Shown: positions 12,749 to 29,901, numbered from the stretch's first letter. The stretch: DNA of 64,000 bases from Eledone cirrhosa (GCA_964016885.1 OZ024740.1:109802001-109866000), one strand, 5' to 3'. The notes: generated from the letters alone by a model not told the origin. A program made the numbers and translations.

Positions 12749-13738
12749 AGAGCTTATACCACTATTAGCCGCTAGAGGGTTCTCCCTAAAAATGAAAGGC
12801 AGGTTATACGATGCCTGCATACGAACAGCAATGCTGCATGGCAGTGAGACCTGGGCATTGTGTGCAGAGGATATACGCAGACTAGAGAGGAACGAAGCTT
12901 GCATGCTCCGCTGGATGTGCAATAGTAATATACGTGAACGGCAAAGCATAAACGAACTAAGGAAAAAATTAGAAATAAGAGGGATCAGATGTTGTTTACT
13001 CGAGAGAAGGCTACGTTGGTACGGTCACGTGATGCGCATGAAAGACGACAGCTGTATAACAAAGTGCAGGGCAATAAAGATAGACGGTAGCCACGGAGTA
13101 GGCAGACCCAGAAAAACATGGGACGAGCTGATAAATTCCGACCTCACACGCTTACACCTCTCCAAGACAATGTCACTGGACCGAGACCTTTGGCGGTACT
13201 CAGTAATAGAGAAGACCCGCCTTACCTAAATACAAAGTAAAAACCTACTACAGTCAGTAGGCACCTCTATCAAAACACACCCCCGTCCCACCACCTCCAC
13301 CCCACCCACACCGCCCCTTTCAATGTAAAGTTATGTTGGTCCCACAACATCCAGGCCGAAACAAATGAGATCGTGTAGGTGTCATGACAAAAAACACACA
13401 GTCCACGCTGTAAATGTGGCCGTGTAGGCAACACGGTAAAAACCTCCCAGCCCCACACTGTAAATGTGGTTGGTGTTAGGAAGGGCATCCAGCTGTAGAA
13501 AACCCGCCAGACAGTCCACGCTGTAATGTGGCCGTGTAGGCAACACGGTAAAAACCTCCCAGCCCCACACTGTAAATGTGGTTGGTGTTAGGAAGGGCAT
13601 CCAACTGTAGAAAACCCGCCAGACAGTCCTATGCGAGCAAGACAACCACTCTTGCCTCAAGTGGGAAAACCCCCGTCCAAACCCATGCAAGCGTGGAACA
13701 CGGACGCTAAACCTGATGATGATGATGATGATGATGAT
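12749..13738 (+). mobile_element. RTE LINE family A, 5'-truncated
   Basis: ORF 12792-13229 ([25 protein letters not shown]); 3' UTR with an internal ~112-bp duplication; (GAT)n tail. Confidence 0.92.
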
Positions 13739-13769
13739 ATATGTGTGTGTGTATGTAAGTGTAATGGCA

Positions 13770-14331
13770 CATGATGTAAAGTGATGAGTTTGATACCCGA
13801 GGCTGCGTTGTGTCCTTCATGCTGTTCCAGTCCACTCAGCTGGCAAAAATAAGTTGTACTTGTGATTCAGAAGGCCAGCCTAACCCTAAAGAAGCTCTCT
13901 GAGAATTATATTAAGGGTGAACTTATCTGTGGAATACTCAACCACTTGCACATTAATTTCAAACAATTAAAACACTCACCAGTGGAACTAATGGAAGCCT
14001 AATACAAACAAACAACTAGATATATACACACAATTATATATGCACACACACCTATATATACATACACACACACATACATATATATGAGAACAAACATACA
14101 CATGCGCGCATGTGTGTGTGTGCATATATAGTTGTGTGTGTGTGTATATATATATATCGACAGTTGATCGACTTTCGTCAAATCGGACTGAGGAAACAAT
14201 GTTTCCATTGGTCTTTCCAATTGTTAATACTATCTATTGGTTGCAACTACAAGTTGAATAACGCATCGCCTGATCTGGGAATCAAACTCACAACCCCGTG
14301 ATTGTGACTCCAATTCTCTAACCACTCAGCC
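13770..14331. mobile_element. Decayed tRNA-derived SINE fragments (13770-13960 +; 14160-14331 -)
   Basis: A/B-box-like ggctgagtggttag...gagtttgattccc and a gttgtgtcctt core; similar pieces at 54745-54860 (-) and 55320-55445 (+). Confidence 0.5.
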
Positions 14332-14697
14332 TTCACACACAGACACACACACATATATATACCCAGTAAGACAAAAGACACCAGCAGCAGCTATTGAGTT
14401 TATTGAAATATAGCTAACAAGATGTGAAGTAGAAATAAATGAGAATTATTGAGAAAAATGTTTCTCTTTGTAGACAAGAGTATGATTCATAAAATTGTAG
14501 ATATAGAGAATAAGGTGATTAGAGAAGATAGAGAATAGTAAGGAGAAAGGGGGTATAAAAACAAAAAATATATTTATTTATGTATGTATATATTTATAAT
14601 TATATATATATATATATATATATAATTATATCTATCATACATTTCCATATATATATATTTACATTATATATATTTCATTATATATATATATATATAT

Positions 14698-14750
<53 letters not shown>

Positions 14751-14883
14751 CATGTGTATATTTAGATTGTGAGTGTGTGTGTGTGTGTTGTTTTTTCAAA
14801 GTGCTTTTTAAATTTACATATATTTCTTTTAAAATTTCAGATGTCAAATTACCAAACAACCTAATGTGCACACACACACACGC

Positions 14884-14920
<37 letters not shown>

Positions 14921-15456
14921 TGGTATGTGTGTGTGAGTGCATGCATATGTATACACACATATATATGCATGTGTGTGCATGGATGTTTAATACACACACA
15001 TATATATATGTATATATAACTAAATATGAAATAAACCAAGAGTACCTGATAAAAGGAAAATTGATCAACCACTTAATACATATTCAACCATATATATGCA
15101 TGTATTTATATCTATGTGTGTATAAATGATCATGTGACAACCTTTTTAGTGCTGGTACCATGACGAAATGCATGCAGTAAAGTGTTTGGTGTTAGGAAGG
15201 GCATTCTGCCAAAGAAACCATGCCAAATATGGAATGTATACTTCAGACATGGTCACCTGACTGGTCTAGTCTCAGGACGTGAAAACCTGTCCAACCCATG
15301 CCACTGTGGAAAGAGGATGTACAAATGATGAGACACACAGACACACATACATATAGGGCTAGGTCCATATGGCTGGATGCCCATTCTTACACCAAGCATC
15401 TTGTAAAACTCAAAACCGAGACTATTTCAAACCAGAACATCTGATAATTATGGCAA

Positions 15457-18134
15457 TCTTATTTATAATCAACATCATACATATATATCTATCATATATA
15501 TATCTTATTTATAATCAACATCATACATATATATCTATCATATATATCTTATTTATAATCAACATCATACATATATATCTATCATATATATATCTTATTT
15601 ATAATCAACATCATACATATATATCTATCATATATATATCTTATTTATAATCAACATCATACATATATATCTATCATATATATATCTTATTTATAATCAA
15701 CATCATACATATATATCTATCATATATATCTTATTTATAATCAACATCATACATATATATCTATCATATATATATCTTATTTATAATCAACATCATACAT
15801 ATATATCAATCATATATATCTTATTTATAATCAACATCATACATATATATCAATCATATATATCTTATTTATAATCAACATCATACATATATATCAATCA
15901 TATATATCTTATTTATAATCAACATCATACATATATATCTATCATATATATATCTTATTTATAATCAACATCATACATATATATCTATCATATATATCTT
16001 ATTTATAATCAACATCATACATATATATCTATCATATATATATCTTATTTATAATCAACATCATACATATATATCTATCATATATATCTTATTTATAATC
16101 AACATCATACATATATATCTATCATATATATCTTATTTATAATCAACATCATACATATATATCTATCATATATATCTTATTTATAATCAACATCATACAT
16201 ATATATCTATCATATATATCTTATTTATAATCAACATCATACATATATATCTATCATATATATATCTTATTTATAATCAACATCATACATATATATCTAT
16301 CATATATATATCTTATTTATAATCAACATCATACATATATATCTATCATATATATATCTTATTTATAATCAACATCATACATATATATCTATCATATATA
16401 TATCTTATTTATAATCAACATCATACATATATATCTATCATATATATATCTTATTTATAATCAACATCATACATATATATCTATCATATATATATCTTAT
16501 TTATAATCAACATCATACATATATATCTATCATATATATATCTTATTTATAATCAACATCATACATATATATCTATCATATATATATCTTATTTATAATC
16601 AACATCATACATATATATCTATCATATATATATCTTATTTATAATCAACATCATACATATATATCTATCATATATATATCTTATTTATAATCAACATCAT
16701 ACATATATATCTATCATATATATATCTTATTTATAATCAACATCATACATATATATCTATCATATATATCTTATTTATAATCAACATCATACATATATAT
16801 CTATCATATATATCTTATTTATAATCAACATCATACATATATATCTATCATATATATATCTTATTTATAATCAACATCATACATATATATCTATCATATA
16901 TATCTTATTTATAATCAACATCATACATATATATCTATCATATATATATCTTATTTATAATCAACATCATACATATATATCTATCATATATATCTTATTT
17001 ATAATCAACATCATACATATATATCTATCATATATATCTTATTTATAATCAACATCATACATATATATCTATCATATATATATCTTATTTATAATCAACA
17101 TCATACATATATATCTATCATATATATCTTATTTATAATCAACATCATACATATATATCTATCATATATATATCTTATTTATAATCAACATCATACATAT
17201 ATATCTATCATATATATCTTATTTATAATCAACATCATACATATATATCTATCATATATATCTTATTTATAATCAACATCATACATATATATCTATCATA
17301 TATATATCTTATTTATAATCAACATCATACATATATATCTATCATATATATCTTATTTATAATCAACATCATACATATATATCTATCATATATATATCTT
17401 ATTTATAATCAACATCATACATATATATCTATCATATATATCTTATTTATAATCAACATCATACATATATATCTATCATATATATCTTATTTATAATCAA
17501 CATCATACATATATATCTATCATATATATATCTTATTTATAATCAACATCATACATATATATCTATCATATATATCTTATTTATAATCAACATCATACAT
17601 ATATATCTATCATATATATATCTTATTTATAATCAACATCATACATATATATCTATCATATATATATCTTATTTATAATCAACATCATACATATATATCT
17701 ATCATATATATCTTATTTATAATCAACATCATACATATATATCAATCATATATATCTTATTTATAATCAACATCATACATATATATCTATCATATATATA
17801 TCTTATTTATAATCAACATCATACATATATATCAATCATATATATCTTATTTATAATCAACATCATACATATATATCTATCATATATATATCTTATTTAT
17901 AATCAACATCATTCATATATATCTATCATATATATCTTATTTATAATCAACATCATACATATATATCTATCATATATATCTTATTTATAATCAACATCAT
18001 ACATATATATCTATCATATATATCTTATTTATAATCAACATCATACATATATATCAATCATATATATCTTATTTATAATCAACATCATACATATATATCT
18101 ATCATATATATCTTATTTATAATCAACATCATAC
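15457..18134. repeat. Homogeneous 44/46-bp minisatellite, about 60 copies
   Basis: Unit tcttatttataatcaacatcatacatatatatctatcatatata(ta). Confidence 0.97.
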
Positions 18135-18248
18135 ACATATGTATTTAACTCAACAAAAAATTTGACGAATTTAAAATCCTTACAGTACTACAATATAAAG
18201 AATAAAAAACTCAATTTAACCACCAGTGATTTATTACTCTCAAAACAT

Positions 18249-19345
18249 TATGGTGGTGGTGGTGATAGTAGCAGTAGTACAATGGTGGTGGTGACAGTGG
18301 TGATAGTAGCAGTGGTACAATGGTGGTAGTGGTGACAGTGGTGATAGTAGCAGTGGTACAATGGTGGTGGCGGTGGTGGTGATAATAGCAGTGGTACAAT
18401 GGTGGTAGTGGTGACAGTGGTGATAATAGCAGTGGTACAATGGTGGTAGTGGTGACAGTGGTGATAGTAGCAGTGGTACAATGGTGGTAGTGGTGACAGT
18501 GGTGATAGTAGCAGTGGTACAATGGTGGTGGTGGTGGTGGTGATAGTAGCAGTGGTACAATGGTGGTAGTGGTGACAGTGGTGATAATAGCAGTGGTACA
18601 ATGGTGGTAGTGGTGACAGTGGTGATAGTAGCAGTGGTACAATGGTGGTGGTGGTGACAGTGGTGATAGTAGCAGTGGTACAATGGTGGTGGTGGTGGTG
18701 GTGGTGATAATGGCAGTGGTACAATGGTGGTGGTGGTGGTGATAGTAGCAGTGGTACAATGGTGGTAGTGGTGGTGGTGGTGATAATGGCAGTGGTACAA
18801 TGGTGGTGGTGGTGGTGACAGTTGTGATAGTAGCAGTGGTACAATGGTGGTAGTGGTGGTGGTGGTGATAATGGCAGTGGTACAATGGTGGTGGTGGTGG
18901 TGACAGTTGTGATAGTAGCAGTGGTACTATGGTGGTGGTGGTGGTGATAGTAGCAGTGGTACAATGGTGGTGGTGACAGTGGTGATAGTAGCAGTGGTAC
19001 AATGGTGGTGGTGGTGGTGGTGGTGACAGTTGTGATAGTAGCACTGGTACTATGGTGGTGGTGTTGGTGAATAGTGATAGTAGCAGTGGTACAATGGTGG
19101 TGGTGGTGATAGTAGCAGTGGTACAATGGTGGTGGTGGTGGTGGTGACAGTTGTGATAGTAGCACTGGTACTATGGTGGTGGTGTTGGTGAATAGTGATA
19201 GTAGCAGTGGTACAATGGTGGTGGTGGTGATAGTAGCAGTGGTACAATGGTGGTGGTGGTGGTGGTGACAGTTGTGATAGTAGCAGTGGTACTATGGTGG
19301 TGGTGTTGGTGAATAGTGATAGTAGTAGTGGTACAATGGTGGTGG
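18249..19345. repeat. Compound minisatellite: gtgatagtagcagtggtacaatg plus (gtg)n
   Basis: About 30 variable units of ~30-45 bp; explains the long His/Thr/Pro pseudo-ORFs. Confidence 0.95.
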
Positions 19346-20045
19346 TAGTTTTATTGGGGATAATAGTAATTTTGATGATGCTATTGATTGTATTGATGAT
19401 TGTAGTAGTGGTGGTGGTGATTGTATTGTTGCTGGTGGTGATGGGGATACTGATGATAAAGGAAGAGGAGAAGTAAGAAGGTAGTCAATAAAATACGGAA
19501 CTAGGTAAATTCAGCAAAAGTGAAAAAAAACAAACAAAAATAAACAAAACATCAACTACAACAACATTAAACCTGAATCCTGAGTCATTGTTGGTTTTTC
19601 TCAGGAAAAACCTTTCTACTTCCGTATCAATCTCTACAACCCCAACCACCACCAGCCACACGATTATATATGGCAACTCCTCCAGCCACCCTTTTCCACT
19701 TACTCCACCAACTACATGATAATATATCATCTCTTCCTCCACCATCTACCAACCAGCGGATGACTCATCCAGAGGAAGAAGTGAAATGGCAAACAACAAC
19801 AACAACAACAACAAAACTAACAGAACCCCCCTCCCCAGCCACTGCCTCGCCACCTCCACAACTACTCAAGCCTGAAAATGTGTAAAGGATTTTCATCCTC
19901 ACTTTTCTTCCAACAAGTATCAAGTGGTGTTCAACAGAGTGGACATGACAGAATTTATCTGATTCTTCTTCATTCCAAATCTATTTTCACTTTCACTTTT
20001 AAGTTTGCTGTTGTTTTTATTGTTGCTGTTATTCTTGTTGTTTAT

Positions 20046-20700
20046 TTAACCCTTTCATTATCATACTTATAATGAAAGACACTGCATATGATTTTCAAAA
20101 TACTTGGAATATAATCAAGAACTTGGAGGGATTTAGTAATATAACTTTGTCATTAAGCTGATGTTTGGAGAATAACTTAGCAAAGGTTTCTACATAAAAT
20201 TATGATCAAAGGTTTTTAGATACATTTGATCATTAACCTTTTCAAATAATAGACACTGCTGTATTATTTGCCAATAATTCATAAATTAATGAAGAATTTA
20301 GAGAGATTTACTAATGTAATTAACTTTCTTGTTAAGCCAGTGTTTAGAGTATAGCTTAAAGGCTCTTACATTAAATTATGGAAAGGTTTTAGATAAATTA
20401 GAACATGTTAACCTTTTCATTATCATATTTCAAGTAAAAGACTGCCATATCATTGGCAAATAATTTAGAAAATATTGAAGAATTTAGAGGGATTTACTAA
20501 TATAATTAACTTTCTTGTAAAGCCCGTGTTTGAAGCATCACTTAAGAGCTATTACATTAAATTATGATGGAAAGTTTTTAGATAAATTTGAACATATTAA
20601 CCTTTTTGTTGTCATATTTCTAATGTAAAAAACTGCTGTATGATTTTCAAATAATTTTGAAAATAATCAAGAATTTGGAGGGAATATGTAATATAACCAA
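20046..20700. repeat. Degenerate ~185-bp tandem repeat (about 3.5 units)
   Basis: Units begin ttaacc(c/t)ttt at ~20046, 20233, 20409 and 20597 and share agacactgc...gaattt(a/g)gagggatt...aaaggttttag. Confidence 0.65.
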
Positions 20701-20849
20701 TGTAGGGTTCTAAACCAGGGCCTTGTGATTGGAAAGTGAATTTCTTATTGTAGCAGCATGACTGGTATAAAGAAATGTATTGTGTATAGGTATGTTTATA
20801 TTTGTGTTTATAAATGTTTGGGTGAAGAAGTACCAGGAAATCCCAGTGG

Positions 20850-21020
20850 AAGGAAGCTGCAGTAGAAGTAGACAAAGAAAGATCTGGACAGATGTTGGGA
20901 GAGCTAACCTCAAGTCGCTGAGACTTACAGAGGAAATGACAAAGGAATGCAATGAGTAGCGAGATGTCATGCTGAGATGCACCTGTCCAGGCATGGAAAA
21001 ATGGATATGATGATGATGAT
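20850..21020 (+). mobile_element. Decayed RTE family B-like 3' fragment
   Basis: Resembles 26890-27100 and ends in (gat)n. Confidence 0.6.
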
Positions 21021-21940
21021 TACAGAGATATAAACAAATACACAAATACATGTGGCATATTATTATGGTTGGTACATTCAGAGACCACAAATGCTACCAG
21101 CCCACCAGACATTCCATTTAAATCATAAATGTTTCTACTTTAGGCACAAGGCCAGCAATTACCCAGTGCATTACTGGTACTTTATTTTATCGACCCCGTA
21201 AGGATGAAAGGCAAAGTCAACCTCGGCGCAATTTGAACTCAGATTGTGAAGGGATCCATTTAAATCATAATAATAGTGAAAAACAGTGTAAAATTTATTT
21301 CAGTATTTTAACACTTTTAATCTATGTGTGTGTCTATTTGTGACTGTATTTACATTTGTGCCTGTCTGTATTTATGTCAAATAACTTAGGAGTTCAACAA
21401 AACAAGATTGATAAAATAAATACTAGACTCGAAAAAATAAGTACAGGGGGGCAATATGAGTGACTAAATCAAGGCGATGCCCCAGTAAAGCCACAATCAA
21501 CTGGCTGAAACAAGTAAAAAAATATATGTATGTACCAGTAATTAGTATAGGTTTGTTTGTAGTTATGTATGTTTAGTATTTACTATATGTCTTGAGTGGT
21601 ATGTATATGGTAAACTGGGATTAGGTGTATGGAGAGTATTTGTTTGGGACCATGGGGAGTGTTGGATTAGAGTCCCTTTGTATTTATGAGAGGGCATTTA
21701 ATAGTTATGGTTATATATATCTCTTGCTATCAAAGAAAATAGATGTTGAATTAAATACATATAGTGTAGTAGTTGAATTTTATAATAATTAAGTAGGTAC
21801 ATTACATCAACAGCACATTATGTGAAATACATGTGTTTCACTATGAGGATCTATGACTCTCCCAGTTTATCAGTTCAGCAATATTGAAATATGAACTGGC
21901 GCATTCAGATAATAAATTGTTGATGTAATAAGATAATATA

Positions 21941-21971
<31 letters not shown>

Positions 21972-22089
21972 ATGTATATATATATATGTGTATATGTAAA
22001 TATATGTATACATATATATATATATGTATACATATATATGTATACATATATATATATATATATATGTATACATATATATATATATATAT

Positions 22090-22530
22090 GTATAGATTTT
22101 GAGTTTATGTTGGTTGTGTACCAACACCTCAGTATGCAAGCTGGAGCACTCGACGAAGTGCGCAGGTTGGTTTGGTTACTCCGGAGTAGTGTAAAATAAA
22201 GTTAAATAAAAGTCAAATGATTAAAATTTAGCTTCGTTTATTACTGCTATATATATTTCAGTGACAGCCATCTTTGGCTGTGACCCCTTCAGGCAGTTTG
22301 AATTAGTGTGGTATAGACAAGTACATATGTTGTTTAGGTGTATAATATTGTCAATACACTGATATGCCCAGTTCCTTGTTGGGTTGTTAATTCACTGAGG
22401 AACTGGAGTCATATGAATTCAAACAAACGAATTTCTGTGTCAAAGGTCCCCTTCTCCTCTCATTGGTCAGTTATTAGAACATTCCTCATTCTAAGTGTTG
22501 TTATTGTTGGAGTTAGCTTAAAAATTGATA
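22090..22530 (-). mobile_element. PLE 3' remnant with variant hammerhead
   Basis: Hammerhead-like fold at 22243-22297, bulged hairpin at 22148-22187, (TA)n on both flanks. Confidence 0.6.
22243..22297 (-). ncRNA. Type I hammerhead ribozyme, core variant CUGAAGG
   Basis: ACUGC CUGAAGG GGUCACAGCCA-AAGA-UGGCUGUCACU GAAA UAUAUA UA^GCAGU; the A9 position is G, so it may be inactive. Confidence 0.6.
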
Positions 22531-22541
22531 AAATATATATG

Positions 22542-22577
<36 letters not shown>

Positions 22578-22598
22578 AGTATATATATATATATATGT

Positions 22599-22646
<48 letters not shown>

Positions 22647-22694
22647 ACATATATATATATATATGTATACATATATATATATATATATATGTAT

Positions 22695-24036
<1,342 letters not shown>

Positions 24037-24037
<1 letters not shown>

Positions 24038-24423
24038 TAATTAGGAATAAATGAGAATTAATAATTGTATTGGTTAGTAATCAGTTTTGGTTTTAAGTTT
24101 TACCAGTTGCGCATTTCTAAATGCTTTTCAAAAATAATTTTGAGATAGAGCGTCCGTGATATATATATATATGTGTGTATACATATATATATATATATAT
24201 ATATGTATATATGCATATATATATATATATATGTATACAGATCAGAACAAACATCACGGACGCTCTATCTCAAAATTATTTTTGAAAAACATTTAGAAAT
24301 GCGCAACCGGTAAAACTTAAAACCAAAACTGATTACTAACCAATACAATTACTAATTCTCATTTATTCCTAATTAAACTATTTTTCACTGTGAACAATTT
24401 GTCAGCATTTTCTATTCCGTTTC

Positions 24424-24426
<3 letters not shown>
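24037..24426. repeat. Inverted repeat (24037-24160 / 24253-24375) around a (TA)n spacer
   Basis: ~123-bp arms with about 3 mismatches; no hammerhead seen. Confidence 0.85.
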
Positions 24427-24465
<39 letters not shown>

Positions 24466-24472
<7 letters not shown>

Positions 24473-25242
24473 AATAAATAACAAAGAACGCTTATAGCAT
24501 ATGCATATCTTTACTTGCTAACATTGTTTCATCCACACTATAAGTGGGACTCATCAGAGCATAAAGGTTAATTACATACCATACAAGCAATAACAAATCC
24601 AAGACATTGAAGAATGAAAGGTAATAATAGACGATAGAGGATAAGAATAAAAAGTAAATAAAAATAAAAGTGAAAATAAAAATAAAAATAAAAATAAGGG
24701 GTGCTATCTGTCACAGTTGGGCGGTGTGCTGTCAACATATAGTTACATACAAGCATACACATGGATAAGAGAACAGACAAGAGTAGACACATGGATAAGA
24801 GAACAGACAAGAGTAGATAAGATAATGGGATTAGGTAAGAGTAGGTAAAAAATAGGTAAAAAACAGACTTATAATATATATAAAAAGAAATACAAAGAAA
24901 TACATAACAAACTTACATATAAAATATAAAATATAGGGTAAGGAATGAGATAAAATAATATACAATTAAAAATTAAAAATTATATACATAGAACATAATA
25001 TAGTATAATCGTAAAATAAGATAAAATAAGGTAAACTAAAATCAAATAACATAGACTAAATTAAAATTAAAATCAAATGTGTAATTATAATTATATGTAT
25101 AATTAAATGTAATTAAATGTAATTAAATTAAATAAATAAATAAAGAAATAAATAAATAAAAATTAAAAATTAAAAATTAAATAAATAAATAAAATTAAAA
25201 TTAAAATTTTAAAATTTTAAAATTAAAATATAAATTTAAATA

Positions 25243-25281
<39 letters not shown>

Positions 25282-25302
25282 ATGGAGTCAAGTAAGTAGT
25301 AT

Positions 25303-25333
<31 letters not shown>

Positions 25334-26254
25334 TATTTAAATTTAGATTTTAATTTTAAAATTTTAAAATTTAAATTTTAATTTTATTTATTTATTTAAT
25401 TTTTAATTTTTAATTTTTATTTATTTATTTCTTTATTTATTTATTTAATTTAATTACATTTAATTACATTTAATTATACATATAATTATAATTACACATT
25501 TGATTTTAATTTTAATTTAGTCTATGTTATTTGATTTTAGTTTACCTTATTTTATCTTATTTTACGATTATACTATATTATGTTCTATGTATATAATTTT
25601 TAATTTTTAATTGTATATTATTTTATCTCATTCCTTACCCTATATTTTATATTTTATATGTAAGTTTGTTATGTATTTCTTTGTATTTCTTTTTATATAT
25701 ATTATAAGTCTGTTTTTAACCTATTTTTTACCTATTTTTTACCTATTTTTTACCTATTTTTTACCTATTTTTTACCTATTTTTTACCTACTCTTACCTAA
25801 TCCCATTATCTTATCTACTCTTGTCTGTTCTCTTATCCATGTGTCTACTCTTGTCTGTTCTCTTATCCATGTGTATGCTTGTATGTAACTATATGTTGAC
25901 AGCACACCGCCCAACTGTGACACAGCACCCCTTATTTTTATTTTTATTTTTATTTTCACTTTTATTTTTATTTACTTTTTATTCTTATCCTCTATCGTCT
26001 ATTATTACCTTTCATTCTTCAATGTCTTGGATTTGTTATTGCTTGTATGGTATGTAATTAACCTTTATGCTCTGATGAGTCCCACTTATAGTGTGGATGA
26101 AACAATGTTAGCAAGTAAAGATATGCATATGCTATAAGCGTTCTTTGTTATTTATTTATTATATTACGGCTCTGTCCTCAGACATTGAGCTAACCTCATA
26201 CTGCCTGCTGGATAAGTGGAGTGTTATACACCCCTGATCCTTTCCCTAGCATAC

Positions 26255-26255
<1 letters not shown>
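24466..26255 (+). mobile_element. PLE 3' UTR fold-back (arms ~24466-25282 and ~25301-26164) with a hammerhead in each arm
   Basis: Near-perfect ~820-860-bp inverted repeat with a ~17-bp spacer; hammerheads at 24516-24561 (-) and 26068-26113 (+); unique tail 26165-26255 carries the bulged hairpin. Confidence 0.8.
26068..26113 (+). ncRNA. Minimal type I hammerhead ribozyme
   Basis: UGCU CUGAUGA GUCCCAC-UUAUA-GUGUGGAU GAAAC-AAU-GUU^AGCA; an identical inverted copy lies at 24516-24561. Confidence 0.75.
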
Positions 26256-26288
<33 letters not shown>

Positions 26289-26297
26289 CATATATAT

Positions 26298-27105
26298 TGG
26301 CATAAATTCTATAAAATGTACACAATGCAGATCCTGGGTACACAAGAGATGTAGCGGGATAGCAGGCAAACTAACAGGTAGGGAGAAATATGTATGCAGT
26401 AGATGTACAGGGAAATTAGACAGTAGAAGTCGCATTGATAGACACATTTTTCAAATGCAGGAGGGCGCTATAGAAGTGGTGGATAGCTTCCAGTACCTAG
26501 GAGATCAGATTAGCATGGGAGGAGGGTGTTCCGAGGCCATAGTATCTAGAATAAGGACGGGTTGGAAGAAGTTTAGGGAGCTGCTTCCTCTGTTGACGAA
26601 GAAGGATTTCTCCCTGCGTACGAAAAGCCGGTTGTATGATGCCTGTGTGAGGAGCGCGATGCTGCATGGTAGTGAGACATGGGCAGCAACTGCAGAGGAT
26701 ATGCGACGGCTGGAGAGAAATGAGGCAAGCATGCTCCGTTGGATGTGCAGTGTAAATGTGCGTGAACGACCCAGCATAAATGTGTTGAGAGAGAAACTGT
26801 GTCTGAGAGGGATAGAATGTAGTGTACGGGAGAGGAGACTGAGGTGGTATGGATATGTGATGCGCATGGAGGATGACCGATGGGTGAAGAAGTGCCAGGA
26901 AATGCCAGTTGAAGGAAGACGTGGTAGAAGTAGACCACGAAAAACATGGGCGGAGGTGTTGAGAACAGACCTCAGATCATTGAAGCTCACGGTGAAGATG
27001 ACGAAGGACCGTGACGAGTGGAGAGATGCTGTGCTGAATAAGACCCGTCCCACCCTTGCAAGCAGGGAAAAGCGGACGTAAAATGATGATGATGATGATG
27101 ATGAT
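26298..27105 (+). mobile_element. RTE LINE family B, 5'-truncated
   Basis: Near-identical to 46072-46875; RT C-terminal ORF ends at 27081, directly followed by (GAT)n. Confidence 0.92.
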
Positions 27106-27526
27106 ATGTATATATATATATACATATATATATGTATACATATATACATATATATATATGTATACATATATATACATATATATATATGTATACATATATA
27201 TACATATATATATATATATTGCTAACCCGTCTAACCCATGCTAGCGTGGAAGAACGGACGTAAAACGGAGATGATGATGATGATGATATATATATATACA
27301 TATATATATGTGTGTATACATATATATATATATATGTATACACACATATATATGTATATATATATACATATATGTATATATATATACATATATGTATATA
27401 TATATACATATATGTATACATATATATATATATGTATACATATATACATATATGTATGCATATATATATATGTATACATATATACATATATGTATACATA
27501 TATATATGTATACACATATATATATG

Positions 27527-27557
<31 letters not shown>

Positions 27558-27569
27558 ATATATATATAT

Positions 27570-28139
<570 letters not shown>

Positions 28140-28479
28140 TTATATATATATATATATTCCAGACCCATGTTAGCGTGGAAAATGGACGTTAAGCGATGAT
28201 GATGATATATAAGTATATATATGTATACATATATATATATATACATATATATACATATATATATATATATATACATATATATACATATATATATACATAT
28301 ATATATACATATATATACATATATATTAAGACAGGGGGGAAGAAAAAATGGCTTCACTTGTGCTTTCAACAAATTTATTTTCTTCACAAAATCCAAAAAA
28401 TTTTTTTCTTAAAAAAAATTATTTTATAAATTAAGTTGTTGGTTGTTGGTTAGGTCTTATTTTATTCGATCCTAAACAG

Positions 28480-29453
28480 GCTTCATGAAGCTATACAATT
28501 CACTATGGAATGTAACGAAAAGGAACTGCCCTTTCTAGATATCCTCATCATTAAAGAAGGGGAAAATATCATAACGGACCTATTTTGCAAATCCACTGAC
28601 ACACACCAATACTTAAATTTCCGGTCAGTACACCCCTCACATACGAAAAGGAACATTCCCTTCAACATGGCAAGGCGCATCTGCACTATAGCAACACACC
28701 CCGTACTACAAGAAAAAAGATTATGTGACCTGAAAAAATTCCTTAAAAAACAAGAATACCCAATGAAACTCATCAACGCAGCCATCTCCAAGGCTAAGAA
28801 CATCCCAATAACAACACTGAGAAAACCAAACCCACAACATAAAAAAGAAAACCTGCTATCCTTTTGTCATCACTCACAACCCAGGGAATGTCAACATTGT
28901 GAAAACTGCTAAGCAGTATCTCCCGATTCTACAGCAATCTACCAAAATGAATGCACTCTTACAAAACACACAGATAATTTATAGCAGACGCCAAGCACCC
29001 AACCTTAAAAAACTAATTACCAAGGCAAAATTTACGACCAACATGGAATCAATGCAAGTGACGAAATGCGGGGACCCTAGATGTGGAACCTGTGAACTCA
29101 TCGAAGAGGGCAAACAGTTGTTCTTCAAAAACCATGATAATTTCAAGGTCAATGCTAACATGAACTGCAAAACGAAAAACCTAATATATTGCGCAACATG
29201 TCCACAGTGTAAAGAGTATTACATTGGGGAAACCGGAACGGGATTACATGATAGAGTCCGGGTAAATAAACAACAAATTAAAGACCCCACAGTCAGAAAT
29301 ACCACATGTAGTGCACACTTTGCATCATGCGGGAAGGGAAAATTCACAATCTTCCCTTTCTTCAAGATATGGTCGGATAACGAACATTTCCGCAGATATA
29401 AAGAAGAATTCTTCATTGAAAAATTTAAACCACTACTAAACACGAAAAAATGA
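28480..29453 (+). mobile_element. Penelope-like element: RT C-terminus and GIY-YIG endonuclease, one frameshift near 28870
   Basis: FTMECNEKELPFLDILI, KSTDTHQYLNFRSVHPSHTKRNIP; Cys linker KCGDPRCGTC; NLIYCATCPQCKEYYIGET...E..FI.KFKP.LN. Confidence 0.92.
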
Positions 29454-29901
29454 ATTAACACTCGGAGGTAAAATTCCATTTCACTACCCCCCCCCCCACC
29501 CCCTCTTCTTATGTATACACATGAATATCTGAGTGAACGGTGAGACACACACGTGTGTAGGTATGTATGGATGTATGTACGTGTGGGTATATATGTATGT
29601 GGGTGGGTGTATGTGTGTGTGTATATATATGTATGGATGTGTGTATGTTTGTATGTGTGTGTGTATGTGTGTATATATATGTATATGTATGTGTATGTAT
29701 GTGTATGTTTGTATATATATATGTGTATATATATGTATATATATGTAGATAGATATACATACACACACATATAAGCATATATATGTATGTACCTATATAT
29801 ATGTGTGTATGTGTATGTATGTGCATATATGTATATATGTGTGTACATATGTGTATGTTTCTGTATGTGTATATGTATCTATGTATGTAGATGTATGTAT
29901 A

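Noticed and set aside
15457-18134. CRISPR-like regular array
   Set aside because: No unique spacers, eukaryotic context and no cas genes.
18211-19247. Long His/Thr/Pro-rich ORFs in all three minus frames
   Set aside because: Produced by a minisatellite with unit lengths that are multiples of three and no stops; no splice or domain evidence.
19670-19885. Pro/Thr-rich ORF as a host exon
   Set aside because: Low complexity, next to decayed trinucleotide repeats, no recognisable domain.
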